From positions 1-55,937 of IMG/VR virus record IMGVR_UViG_3300046115_000049: a DNA stretch of 55,937 nt. One strand, written 5' to 3'. Under the pieces are notes generated by a model. The model was not told the DNA's origin. It did not search any database and worked only from the letters and a program-made list of their open reading frames with translations. A program made the translations under genes and the position numbers. The DNA comes from a virus. Numbering within the stretch: position 1 is the stretch's first letter; the number at the start of each line of letters is the position of its first letter. Below are positions 1 through 8,538 of the stretch, in pieces.

Positions 1-127
1 TAGTAGTGGCCGGATCATACAACGCGGTGTCTTACGCCACAATAGTAGATACGCGTATGGGACTGGGGATATTCGCCCCGTCCACGCCTAGCTCCGGACC
101 CGGACCCGGACCTGTGGAGCCGCCCCC
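1..127. repeat. Terminal direct repeat, identical to 55811-55937 (circular closure or assembly overlap)
   Basis: Read directly: tagtagtggccggatcatac...cctgtggagccgccccc occurs at both ends of the window. The unique genome length is therefore 55810 bp. Confidence 0.95.
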
Positions 128-263
128 GCCCCCACCACCGCCACCCCCGCCTCCGCCCCCGCCTGTCGAGGAGAATCCTGCCGAGGAGCCGCCTGTACCG
201 CCGCCGTCTAAGCCGTCTATTTTCAACGTCCGCGCATGGTTGCGCCGTTGGTTCGGAATCTGA
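1..263 (+). CDS. C-terminal part of the wrap-around CDS that starts at 55000 (beta-propeller-like protein with a poly-proline tract)
   Basis: It is in the same frame as 55000-55937 once position 55811 is equated with position 1. It encodes ...SGPGPGPVE, a run of 15 Pro, then VEENPAEEPPVPPPSKPSIFNVRAWLRRWFGI, with the stop at 261-263. Confidence 0.75.
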   Translation, partial: VVAGSYNAVSYATIVDTRMGLGIFAPSTPSSGPGPGPVEPPPPPPPPPPPPPPPVEENPAEEPPVPPPSKPSIFNVRAWLRRWFGI

Positions 264-269
264 GAGGGG

Positions 270-1586
270 ATGATGACACGTAAACCGATTACCATTGTTG
301 TGGGCGGTCAATACGGCAGTGAGGCCAAGGGGGCGATTGCTGCGTACTTATGCCTAAATGAGTCCGTAGATTACGCCATCCGCACCGGCGCTACTAATGC
401 GGGTCACACCGTCGAGTATCGCGACCGCCGATACGCGATGCAGCAGCTGCCGGTAGGCTGGGTCAATCCTAAGACCGCGCTGGTCATCGGGGCAGGCGCA
501 CTTATTAACCCCGCCATCCTCGTCCGCGAGATCGACAACATCAAGGCGGCTACCGGCGTGGATCCGCGTTCGCGTATCTATATCGACCCTCGCGCCTACA
601 TCCACCGCACTATTCACGCCGCTCGTTCCGCTGAGTCCGGCCGTCATCACGGCATCGGCGCGACCGGCAAGGGCTGTAGTGAGGCGCTGATCGACCGTAT
701 CCGGCTGCGCGGCGGCGAGAATTGGACGGTCGAAGCGGCCATGGTGCGCGGGGGTACCGATGCTGAACCGTTCGCGGGCTGCAACATCGTCGATACCGAA
801 GAGATGCTCAACAACGCGGTAGATAACGGTGACAAGTTGTTACTTGAGGGATGCCAAGGTACGCTACTTGACCTAGTACTTGGTCCCTACCCCTACACTA
901 CTCACAAACAGACCACCCCGGCCCAATGGATGTCGGAAGTAGGGCTGTCTCCGGCGCTCGGGACGGACATAGTGATGGTGCTGCGCACTTTCCCCATTCG
1001 TGTTGCTGGTAATAGCGGCCCCATGGGCGCGGAGATGTCGTGGCCGCAGTTAGCGCGCCGCATTAACGGCTATCGTTCCGCTCACGCTCTTGCTTCTATC
1101 GTGCCCGACGTAGCGATTTCCGGCTTCGAGAACGCTGTACGTGAGGCGGCTAAGAAGTTCGATATGCCGATACGCGGGGATTACGGTCCGAGCGACGGCC
1201 TTGATATGCACGAGTGGAATCCGAACCTGCGTCAGCGCTACCAGCGCCCGCTATCCGAATTGCACCGCGAGGCCTTAAAGTTGTTGCCGGACGGTCTGTT
1301 CGCGTCCCTAATGAACCTATTCGAGATGACCACAGTTACACAGAAGCTGCGCCGCATAGCCAATATCACGCATTACGAGACTAGCACCGCCATTCGTCAG
1401 GTTCGTCCTCATCGCATCGCGGTCACCTTCATGAACTACGTGTTTCCGCACCTATGGCACTCGGTATCGCCGATCACCGATGCCGAATGTACGTGGCTAT
1501 ACGACAATATCGGTTCCATCACCCCGGCACCGATCTTAGCCATCAATCGCGGGCCTGCGATGAAGCATATATTGCCGGTCGCCTAG
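270..1586 (+). CDS. purZ: Adenylosuccinate synthetase family protein (PurA-like), probably PurZ (2-aminoadenine pathway)
   Basis: 438 aa. PurA motifs occur in the expected order: VVGGQYGSEAKG (compare PurA GTQWGDEGKGK), TNAGHT, GIGATGKG, LLEGCQGTLLDLVLGPYPYTT (compare [21 protein letters not shown]) and RTFPIRVAG. The P-loop Asp is replaced by Ser, and the gene sits in a phage next to HD, MazG-like and PolA genes. Confidence 0.7.
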   Translation: MMTRKPITIVVGGQYGSEAKGAIAAYLCLNESVDYAIRTGATNAGHTVEYRDRRYAMQQLPVGWVNPKTALVIGAGALINPAILVREIDNIKAATGVDPRSRIYIDPRAYIHRTIHAARSAESGRHHGIGATGKGCSEALIDRIRLRGGENWTVEAAMVRGGTDAEPFAGCNIVDTEEMLNNAVDNGDKLLLEGCQGTLLDLVLGPYPYTTHKQTTPAQWMSEVGLSPALGTDIVMVLRTFPIRVAGNSGPMGAEMSWPQLARRINGYRSAHALASIVPDVAISGFENAVREAAKKFDMPIRGDYGPSDGLDMHEWNPNLRQRYQRPLSELHREALKLLPDGLFASLMNLFEMTTVTQKLRRIANITHYETSTAIRQVRPHRIAVTFMNYVFPHLWHSVSPITDAECTWLYDNIGSITPAPILAINRGPAMKHILPVA

Positions 1587-1613
1587 GCATCGAGTTACAA
1601 TTGGGCGGCGCGA

Positions 1614-2339
1614 ATGATCATTATAGACGATAGGGCCGGGTCAGATCGGCTAATGCTATATCCGGCACTGTCGGGGGTAGCTGAGTTGTCACGACTAGAA
1701 TTCGGCGACGCCGCGTTCGCGGGTAACGGACCAGATGGGCCGATACTCGTAGGCGTGGAGGTCAAGTCGATCTTCGACCTGATTAGCTCGATGAACACGG
1801 GTAGGTTGCAGGGGACGCAAATTCCCGGCCTGCTTGCGAACTACGACGAAAGCTGGCTCCTCTACTACGGCGCATACCGCCCCGGTACGGACGGACACCT
1901 TGAGGTGCGTCGCCGGGGACAGTGGCGACGGCACCGGCTAGGCACCCGCGACGTGCCGTACGGCTACGTCGAGGCATTCTTGCTGGACCTAGTAGCGGTG
2001 GGCGTCCACGTGAAACGCGTGTACGACGAAGGCGAAGCGGTCGCGTGGTTGATGTGCGCGTATCGGTGGTGGTCGAAGCCGTGGGAGAAGCATCACGGAT
2101 TGCGCGCATTCGATAAGTCAAAGTCGGGGCCATCGCTGCTACCCGATATAGATGATGACGTTAGATTCCGCGCGATGGTAGCGAAGGAGCTACCGGGACT
2201 GGGATTCGAACGAGCGGTCGCCGCTGCGCGACACTTTCCATCGGTAAGCGCCATGGTGAACGCGAGTGTGGAGGACTGGTCGCACGTAAAAGGGGTAGGG
2301 AAGGTGATCGCAAAGGCCGTACACTCGGCCGTAAGGTAG
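1614..2339 (+). CDS. ERCC4/Mus81-type structure-specific nuclease with a C-terminal helix-hairpin-helix
   Basis: 241 aa. It shows the pattern IIIDDR ... GDAAF ... VEVKSIFDLISS..GRL.GQ (a PD-(D/E)XK / ERKxxxD-like core) and a C-terminal VKGVGKVIAKAV HhH motif. Confidence 0.6.
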   Translation: MIIIDDRAGSDRLMLYPALSGVAELSRLEFGDAAFAGNGPDGPILVGVEVKSIFDLISSMNTGRLQGTQIPGLLANYDESWLLYYGAYRPGTDGHLEVRRRGQWRRHRLGTRDVPYGYVEAFLLDLVAVGVHVKRVYDEGEAVAWLMCAYRWWSKPWEKHHGLRAFDKSKSGPSLLPDIDDDVRFRAMVAKELPGLGFERAVAAARHFPSVSAMVNASVEDWSHVKGVGKVIAKAVHSAVR

Positions 2340-2343
2340 CGAT

Positions 2344-2544
2344 GTGAGGTATAGTGATCATTGTCGTAAGTACCAAACAGTGCGACGAAGCAGGTTGCGC
2401 GCAGCGGGGCGATGCACCGGATGTACGGAACTGAACGATCGCCCGAATAAGAGCGAGTGCAGCGGGTGCGCCGAGATACGAAAATTCAAGCTGGCGGCTA
2501 GAGAAATGAGGAACGATGGCGACAGACGACAAGGACAAGGATAG
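2344..2544 (+). CDS. Small basic Cys-rich (zinc-ribbon-like) protein
   Basis: 66 aa with a GTG start. It has paired cysteines (GRCTGC ... CSGC) and is Arg/Lys rich. Its 3' end overlaps the next gene start. Confidence 0.45.
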   Translation: MRYSDHCRKYQTVRRSRLRAAGRCTGCTELNDRPNKSECSGCAEIRKFKLAAREMRNDGDRRQGQG

Positions 2545-3331
2545 AGATAAAGGTAAGACTGGTGCCACTCCCGGGATGCCGGGTGATGAACACGTGTTCG
2601 GGTCAGGCGCGAAGCGATCAGAGGTGATGCCATTCTACTCGGCTATCCCAGTGGTGTCGCTCCGGCGAGTAGCGCTTCGCGCAACTGGTGCTCCAAAAGG
2701 CGGTGCACCCCTATTGGCCGAGGGGTTCAAATACGAAGGAGGTAGTCGCGGGTACGGGTACGGAAATTGGCGACGTGGCCTACCCATGGAAGACACCTTG
2801 AACCACATATACAACCATCTCGGCAAGTGGCGTACTGCCATCGAGTCGGGTAAGCCGCCCAACGATGATGATCTCGCCGCGATCGCTTGGGGCGTGCTGA
2901 TGCCGCTGATGACGTTCGAGCGCGACTATGCTGACCAGTATGCTATGCGCAATTCGCTACTGGGCGCGGGGAAGACGGCCGACGTCATCGATGCGGAGAT
3001 GCAGGAAAGATGGGGAGCTAAGCTACTAATTCACCCGCTGGCACCCGAGAAGCGGATGGGCACCGAGGGCGCGGCACTGAAAGCGGAAGACGAGCAGTGC
3101 GCGCCTCGGCTATCTGATATCGTCCCGGTTCGTCCGCTTGACTGGTGTGGGTGCACACGTACTGAGCGAGACAGGAACCGCGCTAGTATTCCCGCCAATC
3201 GTCGCATCGTGGAACAGGACGCCGGGGGCAATCTTCGCACTGCTGCTACGAACTGTGAAGACTGCATCGGGACAGGCAGGCTGTACCTCAAGCCGCCGGT
3301 TAGTGGAGGAGATGATGAACGACAACACTAG
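2516..3331 (+). CDS. Hypothetical protein with a DUF5664-like / dATP-dGTP diphosphohydrolase N-terminal-type domain
   Basis: 271 aa with SD gaggaa. The block GSGAKRSEVMPFY..IPVVSLRRVA..GYGYGNWRRGLP..LNHIYNHL..ESGKPP.DDDLAAIAWGVLM resembles the phage domain pattern K..L.P...L..VA....KY...NW..G......RH......ESG..HL. This pattern is recalled from memory and was not searched. The C-terminus is Cys-rich. Confidence 0.4.
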   Translation: MATDDKDKDRDKGKTGATPGMPGDEHVFGSGAKRSEVMPFYSAIPVVSLRRVALRATGAPKGGAPLLAEGFKYEGGSRGYGYGNWRRGLPMEDTLNHIYNHLGKWRTAIESGKPPNDDDLAAIAWGVLMPLMTFERDYADQYAMRNSLLGAGKTADVIDAEMQERWGAKLLIHPLAPEKRMGTEGAALKAEDEQCAPRLSDIVPVRPLDWCGCTRTERDRNRASIPANRRIVEQDAGGNLRTAATNCEDCIGTGRLYLKPPVSGGDDERQH

Positions 3332-3638
3332 AGACGATGATGCCTACTGGCCGATAAATGCGATACCGGATCCCGAGCGACAGGAAGGCGAGACGCATGC
3401 CGAATCGCCGGATCTCGAAGTGATGATGGAACTAACCAAGATGCTCCAGCTGACCTGTACGACTCAGCCTGTGGAGATTAGTCGCGCTACCCAATGCGCG
3501 GCACTCGCGGTAGCGTTGTTCCAGCAGGTCAATGGTCGCATGCCGAATGACCTGAACCACCTCGTCAGCATTATCTCCACGCTGACCGCTACGTCTATCG
3601 AGTTAGGCGACATCAGGCCCGACGATGCCCCCGAGTAA
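3312..3638 (+). CDS. Hypothetical acidic protein
   Basis: ATG at 3312 is preceded by ggagga. It is the in-frame part of ORF 3138-3638 that does not overlap the upstream gene. 108 aa. Confidence 0.5.
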   Translation: MMNDNTRDDDAYWPINAIPDPERQEGETHAESPDLEVMMELTKMLQLTCTTQPVEISRATQCAALAVALFQQVNGRMPNDLNHLVSIISTLTATSIELGDIRPDDAPE

Positions 3639-3888
3639 CATCGCCGTATTCCGCGACGAGAACGGACACGGACTCATGTTCGTAGTTCACGGTGGGCACC
3701 CCTCTTATGGGCCGTGGGTATGTTGCGCGTGTCACTCCGTCATCCGTGCTCTAGACGAGGTACGGATACATGTGGTCAAAATGCGCCCAGTGCACAATAA
3801 GACGTGGTGCAACGTCGTGAGTAGCAGTGATGTGGAGTTCCTGCTAGATATAGGGATTGTGGCGGAGATGCCATGGCCGAAATCGTAG
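3625..3888 (+). CDS. Hypothetical protein
   Basis: 87-aa ORF that overlaps both neighbours by a few codons (operon-style packing). Confidence 0.45.
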   Translation: MPPSNIAVFRDENGHGLMFVVHGGHPSYGPWVCCACHSVIRALDEVRIHVVKMRPVHNKTWCNVVSSSDVEFLLDIGIVAEMPWPKS

Positions 3889-6533
3889 TACTCGGGCGCG
3901 GTCGCGTACCTAACGACGTCGTGATCCTCGGCGAGGGTCCCGGCGAGAGCGAGGCACGTCGAGGGCAACCGTTCGTAGGTCGTGCCGGTAGTGAACTAGA
4001 TAATTATCTCGCGATTGCGGGTGGGGCTTCGTCGCGCTCGTACTACGTTACTAACATCAACAAGACATACGTGGAGGGTAATCCCGACCCTACCCCCGCG
4101 CTAATAGAACGGTGGACCCCCCACCTCCTCGACGAATTGAAGCGTGTAAACCCTCGTTTCATTATCGCCGCTGGCCTCCACGCCACCCGGTGGCTCCTTG
4201 GGGACTGGACTACCATGGAGCTTGTGCACGGAATTCCTCACCGCAGTGACCGCGTACCGGGCGCGGTCGTACTCCCGTGCCACCATCCCGCAGCAGGCTT
4301 CTACGATGACGAGGCACGGGCGCTGTGTATGTACGACTTCCGCGTTGCCGTAGCGGCGATAAAGGGCAAGATGAAGAATCTTGCTCCCCCGGTAGATGAG
4401 TTTGAGGGGCAGGAAGAGTATTACGACGTCACCGGGCTGCAGACCGTCCACGTGCTACGCGAGGCGCGTAAGTCGGGGCTTACAGTCATCTCGCTCGACA
4501 CGGAAGGAATCCCGGGCGAGGAGTGGTCCATCCAGTTCTCGCTCGTTCCCGGCACCGGGTATGTGCTCCGCTGCCAGCACGTCGATTTCGTCGCTGGTAT
4601 CAACGCGATCGTCCAGTTTTGTCACTACCCCGAAGTCGTAGTGGTGATGCAGAACTCCATGTACGATCTGGAGATGTGTCGCGGCATGGGTGCGGACCTG
4701 TTCGACGTCCGCCTATATGATACCCGCTATTCGGCTTACGCGATGAGGCTCGAGCCGCAAGCGTTGAAGCCACTTCTCTATCGCTGGTGCGGCATGAGGC
4801 AGGCGTCGTACGAGGATACGGTCGGGCCAGCCGGGCTAGCTAAACAGCTCGACTATCTCGACCGCGTGGCCATGATGGAGTGGCCTGTACCCGAAATGCG
4901 GATCGAGTACAAGAATGACGGGACGTTCCATCCTTACACGCCTCAACCAGTTACGAAGAGGGCGCTGGCCATACTTAACGACTACTACTCCGGGAAATTG
5001 GACAAGGACGGCGATCGTACTGACCCGCTTGCGCGTTGGAAGAAGGTGGACACGATACAGCGCCGCATGGTCGAGGCGATGATAGGGCGGATGCCGATAG
5101 GGACGTTGGCTGATATTCCCCTGAAGGAGGCTATTCACTATGCCGCCCGCGACGCTGATGGTACTCTGCGGTTATATTACCGCCAGCTTGGCGCTAACAA
5201 GGCCCAAGGACTCGTATCCCTAGTACAGGATGGTAATGGCGTACTTCCTGTGTTCGAGGAGATGCAGTCTACTGGGATGCGCCCTAAACGCGACTACTGC
5301 GTCGCTAAACAGGAGGAGATGACCGTCTACATGAACAAGGTCGGCGCCCGCATCTCCGTAAAGTACTACGGTGGGCAGCCGTTCAACCCCAACTCGCCCG
5401 ATAAGGTCGCAGCCTTGATGAGGCGCAGGGGACTGGTGGGCGAGAAGCGCAGCAAGATTACCAGGAAGATGTCTACCGGTAAGAAGTCGATAGAGCACTT
5501 GCGCTACTCCGACGACGCGATGAAGGACGTCATCGACTGGCGTGAGCACCAGAAGATGCGGGATTCGTTCTACGGGCCAATCGTGGAGCGGATAGATGAC
5601 GCGGTTGCGGCGGGGGCGAACCCGGCTACGTTCCGCATCCGCACCAAGATTAACCCCTACAAGGTCGTCAGTCGCCGAATCAGCAGCAGTGATCCTAACC
5701 TTACCGCCATCCCCGTCCGCAATGAGCTAGGAACGGAAGTGCGTGACGGGTTCGAGGCGGAGGAGGGATGTGAACTCGGCTCGTGGGACCTGAGTCAAAT
5801 CGAGATGCGCTACATGGCGCACGTCTCGCGCGATCCTCTACTTGTTAAGTTCTTCGGCGATCCTAAACTAGACGTCCACTGCGAGACTGCCGCTCGCATA
5901 TTCGGGCTCAAGATTAACGATAAGGCCGATAATAAAGCGGAGCGATACGCCAATATCGACGAGATGGAGCACCGCTACCCGTCTAAACGCGCAGGATTCG
6001 GCATCATCACGAACATACAGGGGATGGGACTACTTGACCAGTTACGTATGTTCGGCTGCAAGGGCTGGACCGAAGATCGCTGCGACGAGCTTATTGATAA
6101 CTGGCTCGGTGTATACAAAGGCGTCAAGGTGTTCATGGACGAATCGAAGCGCGAGGCGCAGCAGTTCGGGGTGATACGGGATGCATGGGGTATGCCGCGC
6201 TATCTCCCCGGTGTGTGGTCCCCGGATGCCAAGGTCCGCGCCGAAGCCGAGAGGGCAGCGTCGTCCATGAGGATTCAGGGCGGCGCACAGGGTATGATCC
6301 AGAAGTCGATGATCTGGCTCAAGCCGTACGTCCGCGCCATGCAACAAGCCGGACTTCGCGTACGCTGGGTGCTGCAGATCCACGACGAGATCATCATGGA
6401 GTTTCAAGAGGACCTGTGGGATACGATCAACCCACTCATCATTGAGGGTCTTACCGAGCACAGTCTCAAGCTTATCGTCCCTGTTAAGGCGTCGGGTTCG
6501 CACGCCAAGACGTGGGGTAAATTGAAAGGATAA
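3873..6533 (+). CDS. polA: Family-A DNA polymerase with a 3'-5' exonuclease and an N-terminal uracil-DNA-glycosylase-like (family 4 type) domain
   Basis: 886 aa. UDG-like motifs: GEGPGESEARRGQPFVGRAGSEL and HHPAA. Exonuclease motifs: ISLDTEG, NSMYDLEM, YAARDAD. Pol A motifs: DLSQIEMRYMAH (A), RYPSKRAGFGIITNIQG (B), LQIHDEII (C). Confidence 0.85.
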   Translation: MAEIVVLGRGRVPNDVVILGEGPGESEARRGQPFVGRAGSELDNYLAIAGGASSRSYYVTNINKTYVEGNPDPTPALIERWTPHLLDELKRVNPRFIIAAGLHATRWLLGDWTTMELVHGIPHRSDRVPGAVVLPCHHPAAGFYDDEARALCMYDFRVAVAAIKGKMKNLAPPVDEFEGQEEYYDVTGLQTVHVLREARKSGLTVISLDTEGIPGEEWSIQFSLVPGTGYVLRCQHVDFVAGINAIVQFCHYPEVVVVMQNSMYDLEMCRGMGADLFDVRLYDTRYSAYAMRLEPQALKPLLYRWCGMRQASYEDTVGPAGLAKQLDYLDRVAMMEWPVPEMRIEYKNDGTFHPYTPQPVTKRALAILNDYYSGKLDKDGDRTDPLARWKKVDTIQRRMVEAMIGRMPIGTLADIPLKEAIHYAARDADGTLRLYYRQLGANKAQGLVSLVQDGNGVLPVFEEMQSTGMRPKRDYCVAKQEEMTVYMNKVGARISVKYYGGQPFNPNSPDKVAALMRRRGLVGEKRSKITRKMSTGKKSIEHLRYSDDAMKDVIDWREHQKMRDSFYGPIVERIDDAVAAGANPATFRIRTKINPYKVVSRRISSSDPNLTAIPVRNELGTEVRDGFEAEEGCELGSWDLSQIEMRYMAHVSRDPLLVKFFGDPKLDVHCETAARIFGLKINDKADNKAERYANIDEMEHRYPSKRAGFGIITNIQGMGLLDQLRMFGCKGWTEDRCDELIDNWLGVYKGVKVFMDESKREAQQFGVIRDAWGMPRYLPGVWSPDAKVRAEAERAASSMRIQGGAQGMIQKSMIWLKPYVRAMQQAGLRVRWVLQIHDEIIMEFQEDLWDTINPLIIEGLTEHSLKLIVPVKASGSHAKTWGKLKG

Positions 6534-6538
6534 CCGCG

Positions 6539-7345
6539 ATGTGGCCATTCGAACGACGACGTACTAAACCGATGGGATCGGCCGAGTGGTGGAAGGCCCC
6601 CGGGGAAGAGGCAGCTAGAACCATGCCTCCTATTATCAATAAGGAAGTAGATGAACGTATAGCCGACATGGACACCGCGCCGTTACGATTTAAGCTTCGC
6701 GAAATGGAGCAGGACGGCACTCTCAAGGACGGCGTACTACGCATGAAGCCACCGCCTCAGTACTTTCCCGGCACTATCAGCGACCCGGGTCCCGTACCCG
6801 AGGTACCACGCGGGGTACATGTAGCCGGGTTAGACGCGTTAATTCGTTTAGGTCGTAACATCGACAAACCGGATACAGACACAGTTAAGGTCCGCATTCC
6901 GCCGCGCTTCAATGATATGGAGGACCCCCTTAGGTGCATCAAGGAACTCAACAAGGAGTTCGCCGATACGTTTAAATCTGCTCCCCCTGTGCGCGAGGTG
7001 AATCTAGGCCAGCCGCCTCCGCCGCCACTCCATTCGCTTTCGACCGTTCACGCCGAACTCGCTAACATCATCGTCGTCCTAACCGACCTTAAAGGAGATA
7101 CCGCCGATGTCACCGCAGCCCTTGAAGAAATCCGTCAAGCCTTCACCATCTTCGCCGACTTCCGCGAAGTCATCACCCGTGCATGGGGTCGTGAAATCGA
7201 CTTCCGCGCAGCCGAGCGCCAAGTCCGAGCGCGCCGTCGCAAAGGCAAAGGCGGATCGCGACCGCGAGTACGAGTCAAAGTCCGTCCCCGTAGAAGAGTT
7301 TCCCGAACTCGTCGAAGCCGGAATCCCCGAACTCGCCGTCCGTAG
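6539..7345 (+). CDS. Hypothetical protein; the 3' end is uncertain because coding signal switches frame near 7200
   Basis: ATG lies 9 nt after aaagga. Codon third positions look coding up to about 7215. After that the frame becomes CGA/AGA rich (RARRRKGKGGSRPRVRV...), while the frame of ORF 7107-7613 becomes coding-like. Confidence 0.5.
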   Translation: MWPFERRRTKPMGSAEWWKAPGEEAARTMPPIINKEVDERIADMDTAPLRFKLREMEQDGTLKDGVLRMKPPPQYFPGTISDPGPVPEVPRGVHVAGLDALIRLGRNIDKPDTDTVKVRIPPRFNDMEDPLRCIKELNKEFADTFKSAPPVREVNLGQPPPPPLHSLSTVHAELANIIVVLTDLKGDTADVTAALEEIRQAFTIFADFREVITRAWGREIDFRAAERQVRARRRKGKGGSRPRVRVKVRPRRRVSRTRRSRNPRTRRP

Positions 7346-7613
7346 TCGCGAACTCGCCGTCATCATCGCTGAGGCAGAGGAGGAGCGCAAGGCCATCAAT
7401 GCTGAGATTAAGTCCGCCATGATCGAGGCGGGTGCCGAGTCGATCAAGTCGGAAGAGGATGACTGGTGTGCCGTTCGCGCAGAGGGGCACGGACCAGCTA
7501 AGATTAGTCCGGAGCTGCTCCTCAAGAACGGCGTCTCGATGAAGGTGATCGAGCGCTCGACCGAGCCGGGCGGCACATACGAGTACGTTCAGGTCCGCAA
7601 GTTAACGAGTTAA
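7107..7613 (+). CDS. Hypothetical coiled-coil protein; the start is uncertain (ATG 7107, or GTG 7179 / 7191)
   Basis: The C-terminal two-thirds (KSERAVAKAKADRDREYESK...ELAVIIAEAEEERKAINAEIKSAMIEAG...) have good coding character. The N-terminal part overlaps ORF 6539-7345. Confidence 0.55.
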   Translation: MSPQPLKKSVKPSPSSPTSAKSSPVHGVVKSTSAQPSAKSERAVAKAKADRDREYESKSVPVEEFPELVEAGIPELAVRSRELAVIIAEAEEERKAINAEIKSAMIEAGAESIKSEEDDWCAVRAEGHGPAKISPELLLKNGVSMKVIERSTEPGGTYEYVQVRKLTS

Positions 7614-7624
7614 CCGAGGATACC

Positions 7625-8281
7625 ATGGCTGATACTTCCGATCCCCTCATCTCCTGTACCAGCGGCATGGACGACAATGCCGCCTCTCGTATGAACGATA
7701 CCTTGGCGCTCTCGCACGTGCCGCGATGGTGCATCGTTCCTCACTTTCGCCCGCAATCCGTGGCGGACCACACCTTCCGCGTTCTCGTCATCGTGCGGGA
7801 GCTAGCTCATATGGTCGGAGTGCCACTCACGATGGACGATTTCTTGGCTATCCTCACTCACGATAGTGCTGAGTCCAAGTCCGGCGACATTTCTTCCCCG
7901 TTCAAGCGGGCGCTGCTCCGGTCAGACAGGGATACGTCCGTCGCCGGTGCCATCACGACCGCCGAGCTGGAGGCGTGTGACTGGTTAAATTACGAGCCCG
8001 TCATGGAGTACGCGTCTACCGGTCCTGTCCCTCGTGCGGGGGACGTGTTTAAAGCCGCCGATCTTATCGAGGCGTATACCTTCATCTCTACCTACGGCGT
8101 CGGCCGTCATGCCGCGTTCGTCGCAGATAACATGATGACCAACGCCATCATGGAAATTCATCCGCCTACATTACAGACGGCGGCGCTCACGGCCATTCGT
8201 AACATCAATAGTGATAGGGGGCGGCTATGGGACGGGCAAGTAGTGGCGCGTGTCACGACGGGTCGAGGGCGACGCAGCTAG
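7625..8281 (+). CDS. HD-domain phosphohydrolase (YfbR / 5'-deoxynucleotidase-like); candidate DatZ-type dATPase
   Basis: 218 aa. HD-superfamily ligands are present in HVPRW...SVADHTFRV and ILTHDSAESKSGDISSP. Confidence 0.65.
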   Translation: MADTSDPLISCTSGMDDNAASRMNDTLALSHVPRWCIVPHFRPQSVADHTFRVLVIVRELAHMVGVPLTMDDFLAILTHDSAESKSGDISSPFKRALLRSDRDTSVAGAITTAELEACDWLNYEPVMEYASTGPVPRAGDVFKAADLIEAYTFISTYGVGRHAAFVADNMMTNAIMEIHPPTLQTAALTAIRNINSDRGRLWDGQVVARVTTGRGRRS

Positions 8282-8283
8282 CC

Positions 8284-8535
8284 ATGTCGGGGCGCGCTAT
8301 CGCGGTAGTAGAGCGAATCTGGCGCGGAGACTACGAAGCCTCATGCAGCAGGGGACATAAGTGGTACGTTAGTGGGCCGGAAGTGGCGGATAAACGATCA
8401 CTGCGAAGCGGCATTGTTCACTACTATATGTTCGAATGCCCAGAGTGTAGAAGGTTACAAGAGGAGTTCGAACGACAGCAACGTGAGCGCTGGGACGACC
8501 CCGACTACCTGCGGGTACCGGGGTCGTCCGAGTAG
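8284..8535 (+). CDS. Small zinc-ribbon-like protein
   Basis: ATG at 8284 falls immediately after the HD gene stop. 83 aa with C..GH...CPEC. It is the last gene of the + arm. Confidence 0.45.
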   Translation: MSGRAIAVVERIWRGDYEASCSRGHKWYVSGPEVADKRSLRSGIVHYYMFECPECRRLQEEFERQQRERWDDPDYLRVPGSSE

Positions 8536-8538
8536 CGG

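Noticed and set aside
1-127. Interpreting the 127-bp terminal repeat as biological direct terminal repeats (DTR packaging)
   Set aside because: An overlap of exactly 127 nt is what a k=127 de Bruijn assembler leaves on a circular or circularly permuted molecule. It also ends inside a low-complexity poly-Pro coding tract and splits a gene. The true packaging ends cannot be inferred from this window.
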